From contig JAISZY010000025.1 in the NCBI GenBank assembly GCA_031284375.1, forward strand, positions 1 to 61,138: DNA of 61,138 bases, in the 5' to 3' direction. Both the position numbers and the translations under genes were made by a program. Below are positions 19,766 through 29,074 of the stretch, piece by piece (the stretch's first letter is position 1; every line of letters begins with the position of its first letter). The notes beneath the pieces are model-generated. The model did no database searches, was not told where the DNA came from, and worked only from the letters and a program-made list of their open reading frames with translations. Source of the DNA: Tannerellaceae bacterium (lineage in GTDB: Bacteria; Bacteroidota; Bacteroidia; Bacteroidales; Tannerellaceae).

Positions 19766-20725
19766 ATGAACAGCAAATTGAGAATTTTAAGTTTGATTGT
19801 ACTGCTTGCTGCCGGTAGTTCCGCAAACGCGCGTACAGCAGAAGGTCCTGCCGATCCGACAGGACAGGAAATTGTTTATATTGAAGGTGTACGGTTTGTA
19901 GACGCCTTGTTGGAGAAATGGATTTCCGAGTATTCGAAAGCACATCCCAATGCGTTGGTGTCTGTTGCAGGGAAGGAGATAAAGGAAGTTCCTATTCGGA
20001 TTGTATCGTCCGGGCGGCCAAACGACGAGGCTGTGCAAACACAAACGGGAGGGATTTCTTTCGGCAAATATGCTATTCTGCCGATTGCCGGAAAAGAAAA
20101 CACCTTGCCGGACGAACTGAAAAAGAAAAAGCTAAATGAAAAACGGCTCAAAGAATTGTTTTTCGAAAAAGATTACCTTTCCGGCGATGGCGAAGCAGAT
20201 AAAAAGGAAAAGTACAATGCTACGGTTTATTCGGGCAATCGTTCTTACTCGGTATCTCATACGTTTGCCGGACATTTCGGATATGAAGCCAGCAGCCTGA
20301 AGGGTAAAAAGATTGCCGGCGACGATATTTATCTGAACAATGCCGTAGAAAAAGATGCCCAAGGGGTTAGTTTTAATCACCTGAATTATATTTTCAATAT
20401 CGAATCGCGCCGGCTGAACGATGGCATCGCCCTTCTTCCCTTGGATATAAAGAAAGAATATGCCGAAGTGCTGGATTTGCAGAACTTAGACGAAACAATC
20501 ACGCTCCTGGAAGAGAAAGACATCAGCCTGATACCGGTGGAGGAACTGACGTTTACGTTGCCGGAAAAAGTAAGTCCGGCTACATTTCGATTTCTGGAAT
20601 GGGCGCTTTCGGAAGGGCAGAATTATCTTCACACCTATGGCTTTCTCCGATTGGATACCAAGACGCTTGCTCAGCAGCAAAAACAAATATCGGTATTGGA
20701 AACAAAATTATTGGCTAATAAATAA
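19766..20725 (+). CDS. Exported PstS-like (type 2 periplasmic-binding-fold) protein
   Basis: Signal peptide; I.G.RF...L.EKWI.EY.K.HP start, YAILPIA, AV.KD..GVSFN and F..W.LSEGQ..L..YGF end. No Cys and no internal Met. Confidence 0.65.
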   Translation: MNSKLRILSLIVLLAAGSSANARTAEGPADPTGQEIVYIEGVRFVDALLEKWISEYSKAHPNALVSVAGKEIKEVPIRIVSSGRPNDEAVQTQTGGISFGKYAILPIAGKENTLPDELKKKKLNEKRLKELFFEKDYLSGDGEADKKEKYNATVYSGNRSYSVSHTFAGHFGYEASSLKGKKIAGDDIYLNNAVEKDAQGVSFNHLNYIFNIESRRLNDGIALLPLDIKKEYAEVLDLQNLDETITLLEEKDISLIPVEELTFTLPEKVSPATFRFLEWALSEGQNYLHTYGFLRLDTKTLAQQQKQISVLETKLLANK

Positions 20726-20734
20726 TTCTCTTAT

Positions 20735-20932
20735 GGGCAGCTCTAAAATTCCAAAATCAAGGCTTGCAACAGAGGCAAGCGGAGTTGGTCTTCCACCAAT
20801 CGGGCGGTTGGTCTTCCACCAACCGAGCGGTTGGTCTTCTAGCAATCGGGCGGTTGGTCTTTCACCAACCGAGCGGTTGGTCTTTCACCAACTGAGTGAA
20901 GGTACAGATTCTTGGTTTTTTTAGAGATACCC
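20735..20932. mobile_element. MITE-like element (family B) carrying five 23-bp tandem units
   Basis: Imperfect terminal IRs GGGCAGCTCTAAAA / TTTTAGAGATACCC. The left ~50 bp match the reverse complement of the element at 61025-61138. Units of type GTTGGTCTTCCACCAACCGAGCG span 20784-20898. Confidence 0.75.
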
Positions 20933-21010
20933 TTAATTAACAAAGAGCGTCCTCCGCACCGCTCTGCAAAATTGGATAGGAGGACGCTTGACTTTAAACA
21001 AGTAAAATCT

Positions 21011-24000
21011 ATGACAAAAGTATTATTTTTTTGGTTCGCGCTACTCCTTTTCTTTCCGTTTTCCGGCTATACGCAAGGAAGCGAGGTGAAAATAAACGGA
21101 AAGATTCTGGACGAAAAAACGCAGGAACCCATTATTGGAGCCGGCATCTCGCTCGTCGGCTCAAGAGGGACAGGAACCGTAAGCGATGTGAATGGAAACT
21201 TTTCCCTTAGCGTACGCTCGCTTCCTGCCACTATCTCGATTGACTACTTAGGCTATAAAAGTCAGGAAGTAGATGTATACGAATCCTTGGAACCGGTAAT
21301 TGTACAACTCCGCGAAAACACAAATTTTCTGGACGAAATCGTTGTCGTGGGCTATGGAACGCAGAAACGCAAAGAACTGACGGGAGCTGTTACATCCATC
21401 TCGAAAGAAACGCTTGCACAGCCGGTTGTATCGGTCGATAACTTGCTTGGCGGAGCCGCGGCTGGCGTAAACATCACACAGGGCGGACAGCCGGGTTCGG
21501 CCTTTTCGGTTCGCATCCGTGGAGGGAACTCCATCAACGCGGGTAATGAGCCGTTGTTTGTCATTGATGGCGTAATCCTTTACAGCGAAACGGGAAGTTT
21601 GGGTACGTCGCAAAGTGAATCGGGAAGTTCGGGTACGTCGCAAAGCTCAAGCGTGTCGCAAGTAACGGCCAGGCTCAATCCTTTGGCGGCTATCAATCCC
21701 AACGACATCGAAAACATCCAGATTCTGAAAGACGTATCGGCAACGGCTATTTATGGCTCGCGCGGTTCGAACGGTGTGATTATCATCACCACCAAAAACG
21801 GACAAAAAGGCAAGGAGAAAATAGAATACCAATATTCCATCGGCTTGCAACAGGCGGAAAAAACCATAGACCTGCTGAATGCCGGCGAATGGGCGGCGCT
21901 CAATCGCGAAATCGGCGGCCCGCTCAAAGACGCAACCGATGCGGAGATTGCAGCCTTTGGCAAAGGGTATGACTGGCAAAATGCCATCCTTCGCACGGCC
22001 GTTAGTCAAAATCATCAATTCTCTTTCAGCGGGGGAGATGATAAAACCCGTTATGCGCTTTCGGGAAATTATACCGACCAAGACGGTATCTTGCTCAATA
22101 CCGACTTTAAACGCTATACCGGCCGGTTGAATCTGGAACGCGATGTGCTGAAAAACTTTAAAATAAACCTCACACTCAATGCCAGCAAGCTGAATCAAAA
22201 CGGGCTGAACGAGTATCCGACGTATGCCTACCGGGCTAATCCCTTTGAGGACGCTATCCGTACTTCGCCCGCTACGCCGATATACAACCCGGACGGCAGT
22301 TTCAACTACACCAACCCTTATGAGGTGGGCGACTTGCGCGACGGCGACAGAACAACAAACGCCGTTTCCAACCAGATTCATACAACGGCTCAGAATCATG
22401 CCAATACATTGCTTGGTAACGTTTCGTTTCTATATTCCATCATTCCGTCTCTTGTGCTGAAAGTATCGGCAGGAACAAACACCAACCATGTTACGTCCAA
22501 TTACTATGCTCCATCGTACACCGCAGGCGGCTTCAGTTCCGGCGGCTATGCCAGGGTAGGCAATTTCAATACCGACATCTGGCAGTACGAATATACGCTC
22601 AATTATACCAAACAGTTGAACAAAGAACATTACATAGATGCTTTGGGAGGCTATACCACCCAGACTACCTTATCGGAAAATGCCATCGCCTCGGCCGCCA
22701 ACTTTGCCAACGAGCAAATCTTCTGGCATAGTTTGCAGAGCGGCAACACTCGCGAAGCGGCGTCGTCCGGCGGTTATGAAGCTATTTTAAATTCCTTCAT
22801 CGGCAGGATAAACTACGTTTTCAGGGGAAAATATAATCTGACGGCCACCATCCGCGCCGACGGTTCTTCTCGTTTCGCTCCCAATCATAGGTGGGGATAC
22901 TTTCCTTCCTTAGGCGTTTCGTGGAACATAAGCGACGAAACATTCCTGAAAGGCAACCGGAACCTGAACGAATTGAAATTGCGGGCAAGTCTGGGAACCG
23001 TGGGGAATCAGGAAATAGGCAACTATCGGTACGAAGCGACTTATGGAGCAATCAGTCCGTATTCGTTCAACGAGCAACTTATTGTAGGTTATGCCCGCAC
23101 CTGGCCCGAAAATCCCGATTTGAAGTGGGAACAGACAGCCGCTTACAACGTGGGCATTGATGCAAGTTTATTCAATTACCGGCTCCATATCACGGCCGAT
23201 GCTTACTACAAAAAGACTTCCGACCTGTTGCTCAGCACGCCTACCTCTATTGCTACCGGTTTCAGTTCGGTGTTGCGCAATGTGGGAAACATCAGTAATA
23301 AAGGCGTCGAATTGGAAGCGAGCGGTACAATTATCGACCGGCGCAAACTGAAGTGGGATGTTTCGGCCAATATCGCCAAAAACATCAACCGTGTAATCAA
23401 GTTGGCCGGCAATCAGGAAAACATCGGCGCTAACATCTGGGTAGGTCATCCGCTCGGCGCTCAGTATATGATTGAATACGACGGTATCGTGCAGAAAGAC
23501 GACGATGTTTCCAAAATCGCCGGCCCGTCGTGGAAAACCCATGTGGAAGCGGGCGACGAAAAATTTATCGACCAAAACAAAGACGGCGTAGTGGATGAAA
23601 CCAACGACCGCGTCGTACTCGGCTCGCGTAATCCCGATATAATCTATGGATTCTCTACCACCTTGTCTTACGGCGCTTTCAGTTTATACGCTTCTTTTCA
23701 AGGCGTGAGCGGGAATAAAATATATAATGCCCTGCGACAAACTCTTTCAACGCCCAGCTTTTCGTACAACGGTCTCGCTGTGCTGAATAACCGGTGGACG
23801 GAATCCAATCCTTCTACCGACATTCCCAAGGCGCGAACCTCGGCGGCAACCTACACAACAAGTCATTATCTGGAAGACGGCGCTTATCTGCGGCTGAAAA
23901 ACGTTACGCTGAACTACACCTTGCCGGTGAAAATACCGAAGGCGCCTTCCGCCGGATTCCGTATTTTCCTGTCGGGTCAGAATCTATTCACCCTTACGAA

Positions 24001-24088
24001 GTTTTCCGGCTACGACCCCGAAACCGGAGGCGAGGCTTCCTATCCGCTGGCCAGAACAGTTTCTCTGGGTGTGAATCTTTCTTATTAA
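21011..24088 (+). CDS. SusC/RagA-family TonB-dependent transporter
   Basis: VVVGYG, IRIRG..S, PLFVIDG, LKD.SATAIYGSRG.NGVI.ITTK and NPDLKWE motifs. Likely start MTKVLFF at 21011 (1025 aa). Confidence 0.95.
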   Translation: MTKVLFFWFALLLFFPFSGYTQGSEVKINGKILDEKTQEPIIGAGISLVGSRGTGTVSDVNGNFSLSVRSLPATISIDYLGYKSQEVDVYESLEPVIVQLRENTNFLDEIVVVGYGTQKRKELTGAVTSISKETLAQPVVSVDNLLGGAAAGVNITQGGQPGSAFSVRIRGGNSINAGNEPLFVIDGVILYSETGSLGTSQSESGSSGTSQSSSVSQVTARLNPLAAINPNDIENIQILKDVSATAIYGSRGSNGVIIITTKNGQKGKEKIEYQYSIGLQQAEKTIDLLNAGEWAALNREIGGPLKDATDAEIAAFGKGYDWQNAILRTAVSQNHQFSFSGGDDKTRYALSGNYTDQDGILLNTDFKRYTGRLNLERDVLKNFKINLTLNASKLNQNGLNEYPTYAYRANPFEDAIRTSPATPIYNPDGSFNYTNPYEVGDLRDGDRTTNAVSNQIHTTAQNHANTLLGNVSFLYSIIPSLVLKVSAGTNTNHVTSNYYAPSYTAGGFSSGGYARVGNFNTDIWQYEYTLNYTKQLNKEHYIDALGGYTTQTTLSENAIASAANFANEQIFWHSLQSGNTREAASSGGYEAILNSFIGRINYVFRGKYNLTATIRADGSSRFAPNHRWGYFPSLGVSWNISDETFLKGNRNLNELKLRASLGTVGNQEIGNYRYEATYGAISPYSFNEQLIVGYARTWPENPDLKWEQTAAYNVGIDASLFNYRLHITADAYYKKTSDLLLSTPTSIATGFSSVLRNVGNISNKGVELEASGTIIDRRKLKWDVSANIAKNINRVIKLAGNQENIGANIWVGHPLGAQYMIEYDGIVQKDDDVSKIAGPSWKTHVEAGDEKFIDQNKDGVVDETNDRVVLGSRNPDIIYGFSTTLSYGAFSLYASFQGVSGNKIYNALRQTLSTPSFSYNGLAVLNNRWTESNPSTDIPKARTSAATYTTSHYLEDGAYLRLKNVTLNYTLPVKIPKAPSAGFRIFLSGQNLFTLTKFSGYDPETGGEASYPLARTVSLGVNLSY

Positions 24089-24120
24089 TTATAATCCATA
24101 TTTCATAAAAATCAAGTAAG

Positions 24121-25737
24121 ATGAAAAAGTTACTACTATATATATTGATTGTATCGGTTGCTCTTTTTTCGTGCAGCGACCTGGATGTTATTCCTATCGG
24201 ACAAATATCCGACAGCAACTTCCCAAAAACGGACGAAGACGCCATTGCCGTTACTACGGCTGTTTATCAACCCAACGTTGGCATCAGTACGTCGTTGGGG
24301 TACGCTATCGACCTGACTTCGGAGCTGGAAACCAATGCCGAAAATCCCAATAGCGCAGGCGCGTTGCTGGGCAAAATGCAATGGGAACCTTCCAACGGTT
24401 ATGTTTCTTCCATCTGGAATGCGCTCTACAACATCATCACACGCGCTAATGACGTAGTAGACAAAATCGGCGCTTCGGAAATCATTACGCCCGCCTTGAA
24501 AACCCAGCTTGTGGGAGAAGCAAAATTCCTCCGCGCTTATGCTTATTTCTATCTGGTTCAGCTCTGGGGAGAAGTACCTTTGGTATTGCACAACGTAGAA
24601 GGCGACAAAACGCCGCGAACGCCGATAAATGACGTATACGAGCAAATTGTTTCCGACCTGAAAGACGCCGGCGCCGCTTTGCCCGTATATACGGAATATG
24701 CCGACAAAGACCGTGGACGCGCCTCGAAAGGAGCCGCGCTCGCCTATCTGGCAAAAGTGTATCTCGTATGGGGACAAACCGACGACAGCGCCGACGCAAC
24801 AACGCGGAAAGAGCGCTTTGGAGAATCGGTCAAATACGCCAACCTCGTTACCGGTTATTCGCTCGAAGAAGAATTTCTGGCAAACTGGGATAACAACAAT
24901 CGCAACGGCAAGGAAGTGATCTTTTCCGTACAGCATCTCCAGGGACAGGCGGCGGCAAGCAGCGGCGGAAACCATCTTGTACACTGCTCCTTCTACGGAG
25001 GTTTGTCCAACTCGCTATTCCCGCACGTTTATTCTACCAATTACTACGAAAAAGATGCGAACGGCAAAGTAATCCTTTCGACCATCGTAAATAAATGGTA
25101 TAACGATTTTGACGACCGAGACCAGCGCAAACGGGGCACTTATCTGAAAGATTACAGAATAAGCGACGACTCCGTCTTTGTGTATGACTATGTGCGCTAC
25201 CGCAAATACATCGACACCACACGCATCAATACAACGGCAACCACCATAGACGTGAATCGTACCGTTATACGCTACGCCGAAGTACTGCTGCTTAAAGCCG
25301 AAGCCATCAACGAACGAGACGGCGCGCCCAATGCCGAAGCTTACGAAGCCATCAACCAAGTGCGCCGCCGTGCTTTCCGCCAATCAACCGGCACGGCATC
25401 GGATGTGGCCGATCTTCCTGCCGGACTTGACTACAACGGCTTTAAAGCGAAAATTCAACAGGAACGTGTCTTTGAACTTACCTACGAGCAGAATCGCTGG
25501 ACAGATCTTGTCCGATGGCGCATATTTGTACGGACATTAAAGGAAGCCGTAGACAAAAAATACATTGCCGACGACATCGGCAAACAAGACGTAAAACCTC
25601 ACTTCTACCGTTTCCCCATACCAAAGGCCGAACGCGACATAGACCCCGACCGCTTGTGGCAAAACTATGGCTACGACGGCAGCCTGATTCAAGAGAACCC
25701 TTATCGTAATTACGAACCGGGATTTACAGACAAATAA
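24121..25737 (+). CDS. SusD/RagB-family lipoprotein
   Basis: Lipobox LFSC; GEAKFLRAY.YF.LV..WG.VP, RYAEVLL..AEA and ER..EL..E..RW.DL.RW motifs. Confidence 0.95.
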   Translation: MKKLLLYILIVSVALFSCSDLDVIPIGQISDSNFPKTDEDAIAVTTAVYQPNVGISTSLGYAIDLTSELETNAENPNSAGALLGKMQWEPSNGYVSSIWNALYNIITRANDVVDKIGASEIITPALKTQLVGEAKFLRAYAYFYLVQLWGEVPLVLHNVEGDKTPRTPINDVYEQIVSDLKDAGAALPVYTEYADKDRGRASKGAALAYLAKVYLVWGQTDDSADATTRKERFGESVKYANLVTGYSLEEEFLANWDNNNRNGKEVIFSVQHLQGQAAASSGGNHLVHCSFYGGLSNSLFPHVYSTNYYEKDANGKVILSTIVNKWYNDFDDRDQRKRGTYLKDYRISDDSVFVYDYVRYRKYIDTTRINTTATTIDVNRTVIRYAEVLLLKAEAINERDGAPNAEAYEAINQVRRRAFRQSTGTASDVADLPAGLDYNGFKAKIQQERVFELTYEQNRWTDLVRWRIFVRTLKEAVDKKYIADDIGKQDVKPHFYRFPIPKAERDIDPDRLWQNYGYDGSLIQENPYRNYEPGFTDK

Positions 25738-25761
25738 GTTATACGGAAAAAAAATACAACA

Positions 25762-26994
25762 ATGAAACATTGGAATAAAAAATTCATTACAGTCGAACGT
25801 CTTGTCATTACGATTTTAATGTTGCTGGCAATCTTCCTTGTATCCCGCAAGTCTTCCGGCGATGGCCTCCAACCTACGCTTCATGATTTTCAGAAGCGCC
25901 GTCTGGCGGCGCTCCGGACGCTCGAAAAAACTCCTTCCGACCAGATTCAACCCCTCCGTCTGGAAGTACGTACCACGGCAGAGCAACGCTCCGGCGTGCG
26001 GCGTATCCGTATCCGTCAGCACCAGATTATCAGCGACAGCGATTACTCGTTTGTCGGTTATAGTCTTGGGCCCGGTTCGCCCGAATCGTCGCTCACCGCC
26101 ATAGCGAGCGATTTGGCCGATACGTATCTCAGTCAGGCGGCGTTGAAGGGGGTACGGATTGATTCGCTCGGCGTGTCGATCGTCAGTCTTCCGGATTCCG
26201 TCAGACCGGCTGTACGTATCGTTCATCCGCATAACTTGCGCTATACCATTTACGTAAAGTCGCCGGCTACGGACGAACAATTGGAAGAAGTACGTATCCT
26301 GGCCGAACAACATTCGCCGGCTTTCCGGATCGCTTCGGTCAAACAAACGGTAAAGGGGGAGATTGATTATCAGCAAACGCCAAAGGATTTGACTTTCGAG
26401 CCGCCTTATCAACCCGGATTGCGCGAGTATCTCAAATACAAGCGTGCCGCTTTACTTGCTCGCTCAAATCGTACGGAATCCCGGCCGCCACGACGGAATG
26501 AGGAACCTCAGCTCGACAGATTGCATGTAGAGTTGGATCCTGTTTCGGGAGCGCGTAAAGTACATATCCGGCATTTCAATTTTATTCACGACAATCTGCC
26601 GATATTGGGCGGAAACGATCTTGGACCAAGTTCTCCGGAACACCAGTTAGGCGCGCTAACAAGTTGTATTACTCATATTACCGAAATTCAGGCTGCTTCG
26701 CGCGAAATCGTGCTGGATTCTCTCTCCGTTAGCGCTGAAGCCCTTTACGACTTGCGCGCCGGCCGACCGGGATTTGAGCACATACCGGCTTGGCCTTACG
26801 AAATTCGTTACACGGTGCATTACCGTTCGCCGCATAGCTACGACGAAATTGTAGCTTTGCGCGATGCCGTCGAAGAGGTTTGTCCCATTTATAATCTGTT
26901 TATCAGCGAACAGAAAATAGAGGGACGTATCGTGCGCACCGATGCGGACAACTATCGTTTCCATCCGCAGTATCATTATCATTATGTAGATTGA
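25762..26994 (+). CDS. Exported protein with two tandem OsmC/Ohr-like domains
   Basis: N-terminal hydrophobic segment. Domain 2 has GGNDLGPSSPE..LGAL.SC and VEEVCPI. Domain 1 has the same pattern with both Cys replaced (ASDL, QHSP). Confidence 0.8.
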   Translation: MKHWNKKFITVERLVITILMLLAIFLVSRKSSGDGLQPTLHDFQKRRLAALRTLEKTPSDQIQPLRLEVRTTAEQRSGVRRIRIRQHQIISDSDYSFVGYSLGPGSPESSLTAIASDLADTYLSQAALKGVRIDSLGVSIVSLPDSVRPAVRIVHPHNLRYTIYVKSPATDEQLEEVRILAEQHSPAFRIASVKQTVKGEIDYQQTPKDLTFEPPYQPGLREYLKYKRAALLARSNRTESRPPRRNEEPQLDRLHVELDPVSGARKVHIRHFNFIHDNLPILGGNDLGPSSPEHQLGALTSCITHITEIQAASREIVLDSLSVSAEALYDLRAGRPGFEHIPAWPYEIRYTVHYRSPHSYDEIVALRDAVEEVCPIYNLFISEQKIEGRIVRTDADNYRFHPQYHYHYVD

Positions 26995-27044
26995 TTTCGG
27001 GAAATGATTGATTTTCGGGGGACGTCCTCAAAAGATTGATTTCT

Positions 27045-27124
27045 CGTCATTGCGAACCCAAAGGGTGAAGCAATCCAGATTCCTCCACGCTATTTTGGAT
27101 TGCTTCACTATGTTCGCAATGACG
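27045..27124. repeat. REP-like palindrome (family C: CGTCATTGCGAAC..GAAGCAATCC..GGATTGCTTC..GTTCGCAATGACG)
   Basis: Long nested hairpin between convergent genes, inside outer IRs CTCAAAAG / CTTTTGAG (about 27017-27152). Second copy at 52283-52381. Confidence 0.85.
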
Positions 27125-27175
27125 CTAATCCGGCGCTTTTGAGATACTCTCCTTTTCTATTGGCAGGGAAGTTGG

Positions 27176-27931
27176 TCACAACCTGTACGCGATACCTCCC
27201 ATAAAGTATATATTGTACATTTTGTAAGGAATACCGCTGAAGGATGACGGGAACAAAGGAAGTAGTCCCCAGGACAATTGCCCTGTTGCGGATATTTTGT
27301 TTGTAAGGAAATAATCGACAAGGGCGATAAGGCCGGCATCGGTTTTGCGGACATGTTCCGAAAAGTCGAATGTACTCATCTCGATGTTGATGCGGTCGCC
27401 GGCCGGCCCGCCGTTGCGTATATATCCGTTCGAGGCGCTTCCTTCTACCCTGGCGTCTTGTAGAAAGGCGCAATACCCTCCCATGTGAAACGTCCAAAGG
27501 CCCGACGGGCGATACGTGGCCAAAAGCGGAAGCACAAGATAGCCGTTTCGCACGGTTGTCTTGTTCCTACCGGTAAATATACCGGAAAACGTTCCCGTAT
27601 GGTCGCCCTCCCCTACTTGGAGTTGCGTATAGAGGTATTTCACATCGGCCTCTATCTTCATACCTTTTATGTCGATGGCCAACCCCGATGTGACGCCCCA
27701 ACGAGGATTCAACCAACGTGTGGCATGGAAGGCCAGCGTCCCGGCAATACCCGGACTCCAGGAGTGAATCTTGCGTATCTCGGCCGGAAGGGGAAGCGGC
27801 GAACTGCCCCCCAGGTTGTAGCCGGCAAATCCTTTGTATTCCCACAACTTGTTCGACTCGGTTTGAGCGGCAACGAGTGTCGTTGTCAAAAAGATGCTCC
27901 ACGCTACAAGGCGTATTCTCTTCGCTATCAT
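27176..27931 (-). CDS. Outer-membrane beta-barrel (porin family) protein
   Basis: AGYNLGG.SPLPLPAEIRKI motif, YL.LP, terminal YRL. Confidence 0.8.
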   Translation of the reverse strand: MIAKRIRLVAWSIFLTTTLVAAQTESNKLWEYKGFAGYNLGGSSPLPLPAEIRKIHSWSPGIAGTLAFHATRWLNPRWGVTSGLAIDIKGMKIEADVKYLYTQLQVGEGDHTGTFSGIFTGRNKTTVRNGYLVLPLLATYRPSGLWTFHMGGYCAFLQDARVEGSASNGYIRNGGPAGDRINIEMSTFDFSEHVRKTDAGLIALVDYFLTNKISATGQLSWGLLPLFPSSFSGIPYKMYNIYFMGGIAYRL

Positions 27932-29068
27932 TTATTTTTCTTCTGTTTTTATGGCTATATCGTCTACTATCAAACAACTTCCCGGCGTTCCTTCGTAATA
28001 ATCGCCCATAAAGCTGGAGGAAAAGACTATGGCCAGCTTGTAGGTGTTTCGCTCGAAATCTACTACATGATTTTTGTCGTATACGAAAGGAATATCGAAG
28101 GAAGCAAAGTCGTTGCCCGGCGTGCCTGCCCGGTCTTCGGACGGTAACATGGCAACGGCTACTATATGAGGATGGGTAAGTATGTTCGTTCCATCCAAAC
28201 GTTCCAACGTTTTGTCCGAACGAAAGAAGACGGCATACACGGCGCACGAATCTTTTTTCTCCGGATGAGGCGTTCCTTTGGAATCGATATAATATCCTGC
28301 TCCGGGTTGATAGATGTATTTCCCGGTCATGCGCAGGGGCTTTTCATCGAAGGGTTGTCCGAAGGCGGTTGCCAGCAAGGGGTTTTTCAGTGCATTGAGG
28401 GGGTTGAGCACACCTGTAAAGAGCGAACCCGCTACAACGGGAATATGAACGATTCCCAGAATAGAGCCGGGGCCTTGTTTGGTGAGCATTTCAACGGCGT
28501 ACTGTCCTTCGGCGCTGCGGGTGGTCTTATGGATGGGATACAGCGAGGCGTCGGTATATTGCTGATATATGGCAATGCCTTTGTTGCTCGAATCCCAAGG
28601 TGTGGAGCGTATTCCCCGAAGGTCGTACTCTACCGGCGTTTCGTACTTATTGGTTTTGTCCAATACTTCCCAATGTTCAAATCCATACACATAGAGGGGA
28701 GTGGAAATCAATTGTACGGTGTAAACGCGTTGATGTTTCCCGTCGGCTGCCGTAACGGTGTACGTAACCGGTTGGCTGAAGTCTTGAGGCGTATCGGCCG
28801 AAGGCTTAATGGTGGCGCCTTCCGACAAAACAATGGTTGGCGCGATGGCCGATACATCGACCGTGTGGCGAATAAAGACGGAAATATTCTCTCCGTTGAT
28901 GGTGGCCTCGCTCTGCATAATATGTCCGGGAAGAGAAAAAGCCTCGATATCGGCATACGGGCAAGGAGGTTCCTCACGGATACAACTCCCTGCCACGCCG
29001 AGCAACACCCAAGCTGCTACTATTTTGATATGTTTCGTTCGAATTAACATAAGGTAATACATGTGCAT
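27932..29068 (-). CDS. PCMD-domain lipoprotein (Ig-like plus putative carbohydrate metabolism domain)
   Basis: Lipobox AGSC-IREE; DFSQPVTYTVTAADG, W.S.N.G, AGSLFTG and IVFSSS..GD.Y.G.PGS motifs. True start may be a later Met. Confidence 0.8.
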   Translation of the reverse strand: MHMYYLMLIRTKHIKIVAAWVLLGVAGSCIREEPPCPYADIEAFSLPGHIMQSEATINGENISVFIRHTVDVSAIAPTIVLSEGATIKPSADTPQDFSQPVTYTVTAADGKHQRVYTVQLISTPLYVYGFEHWEVLDKTNKYETPVEYDLRGIRSTPWDSSNKGIAIYQQYTDASLYPIHKTTRSAEGQYAVEMLTKQGPGSILGIVHIPVVAGSLFTGVLNPLNALKNPLLATAFGQPFDEKPLRMTGKYIYQPGAGYYIDSKGTPHPEKKDSCAVYAVFFRSDKTLERLDGTNILTHPHIVAVAMLPSEDRAGTPGNDFASFDIPFVYDKNHVVDFERNTYKLAIVFSSSFMGDYYEGTPGSCLIVDDIAIKTEEK

Positions 29069-29074
29069 ATAAAC

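Noticed and set aside
20784-20898. Mini-CRISPR
   Set aside because: Contiguous 23-bp units without unique spacers, inside a MITE-like element.
20912-21010. N-terminal extension of SusC in the ORF track
   Set aside because: It starts within the MITE; the signal peptide begins at ATG 21011.
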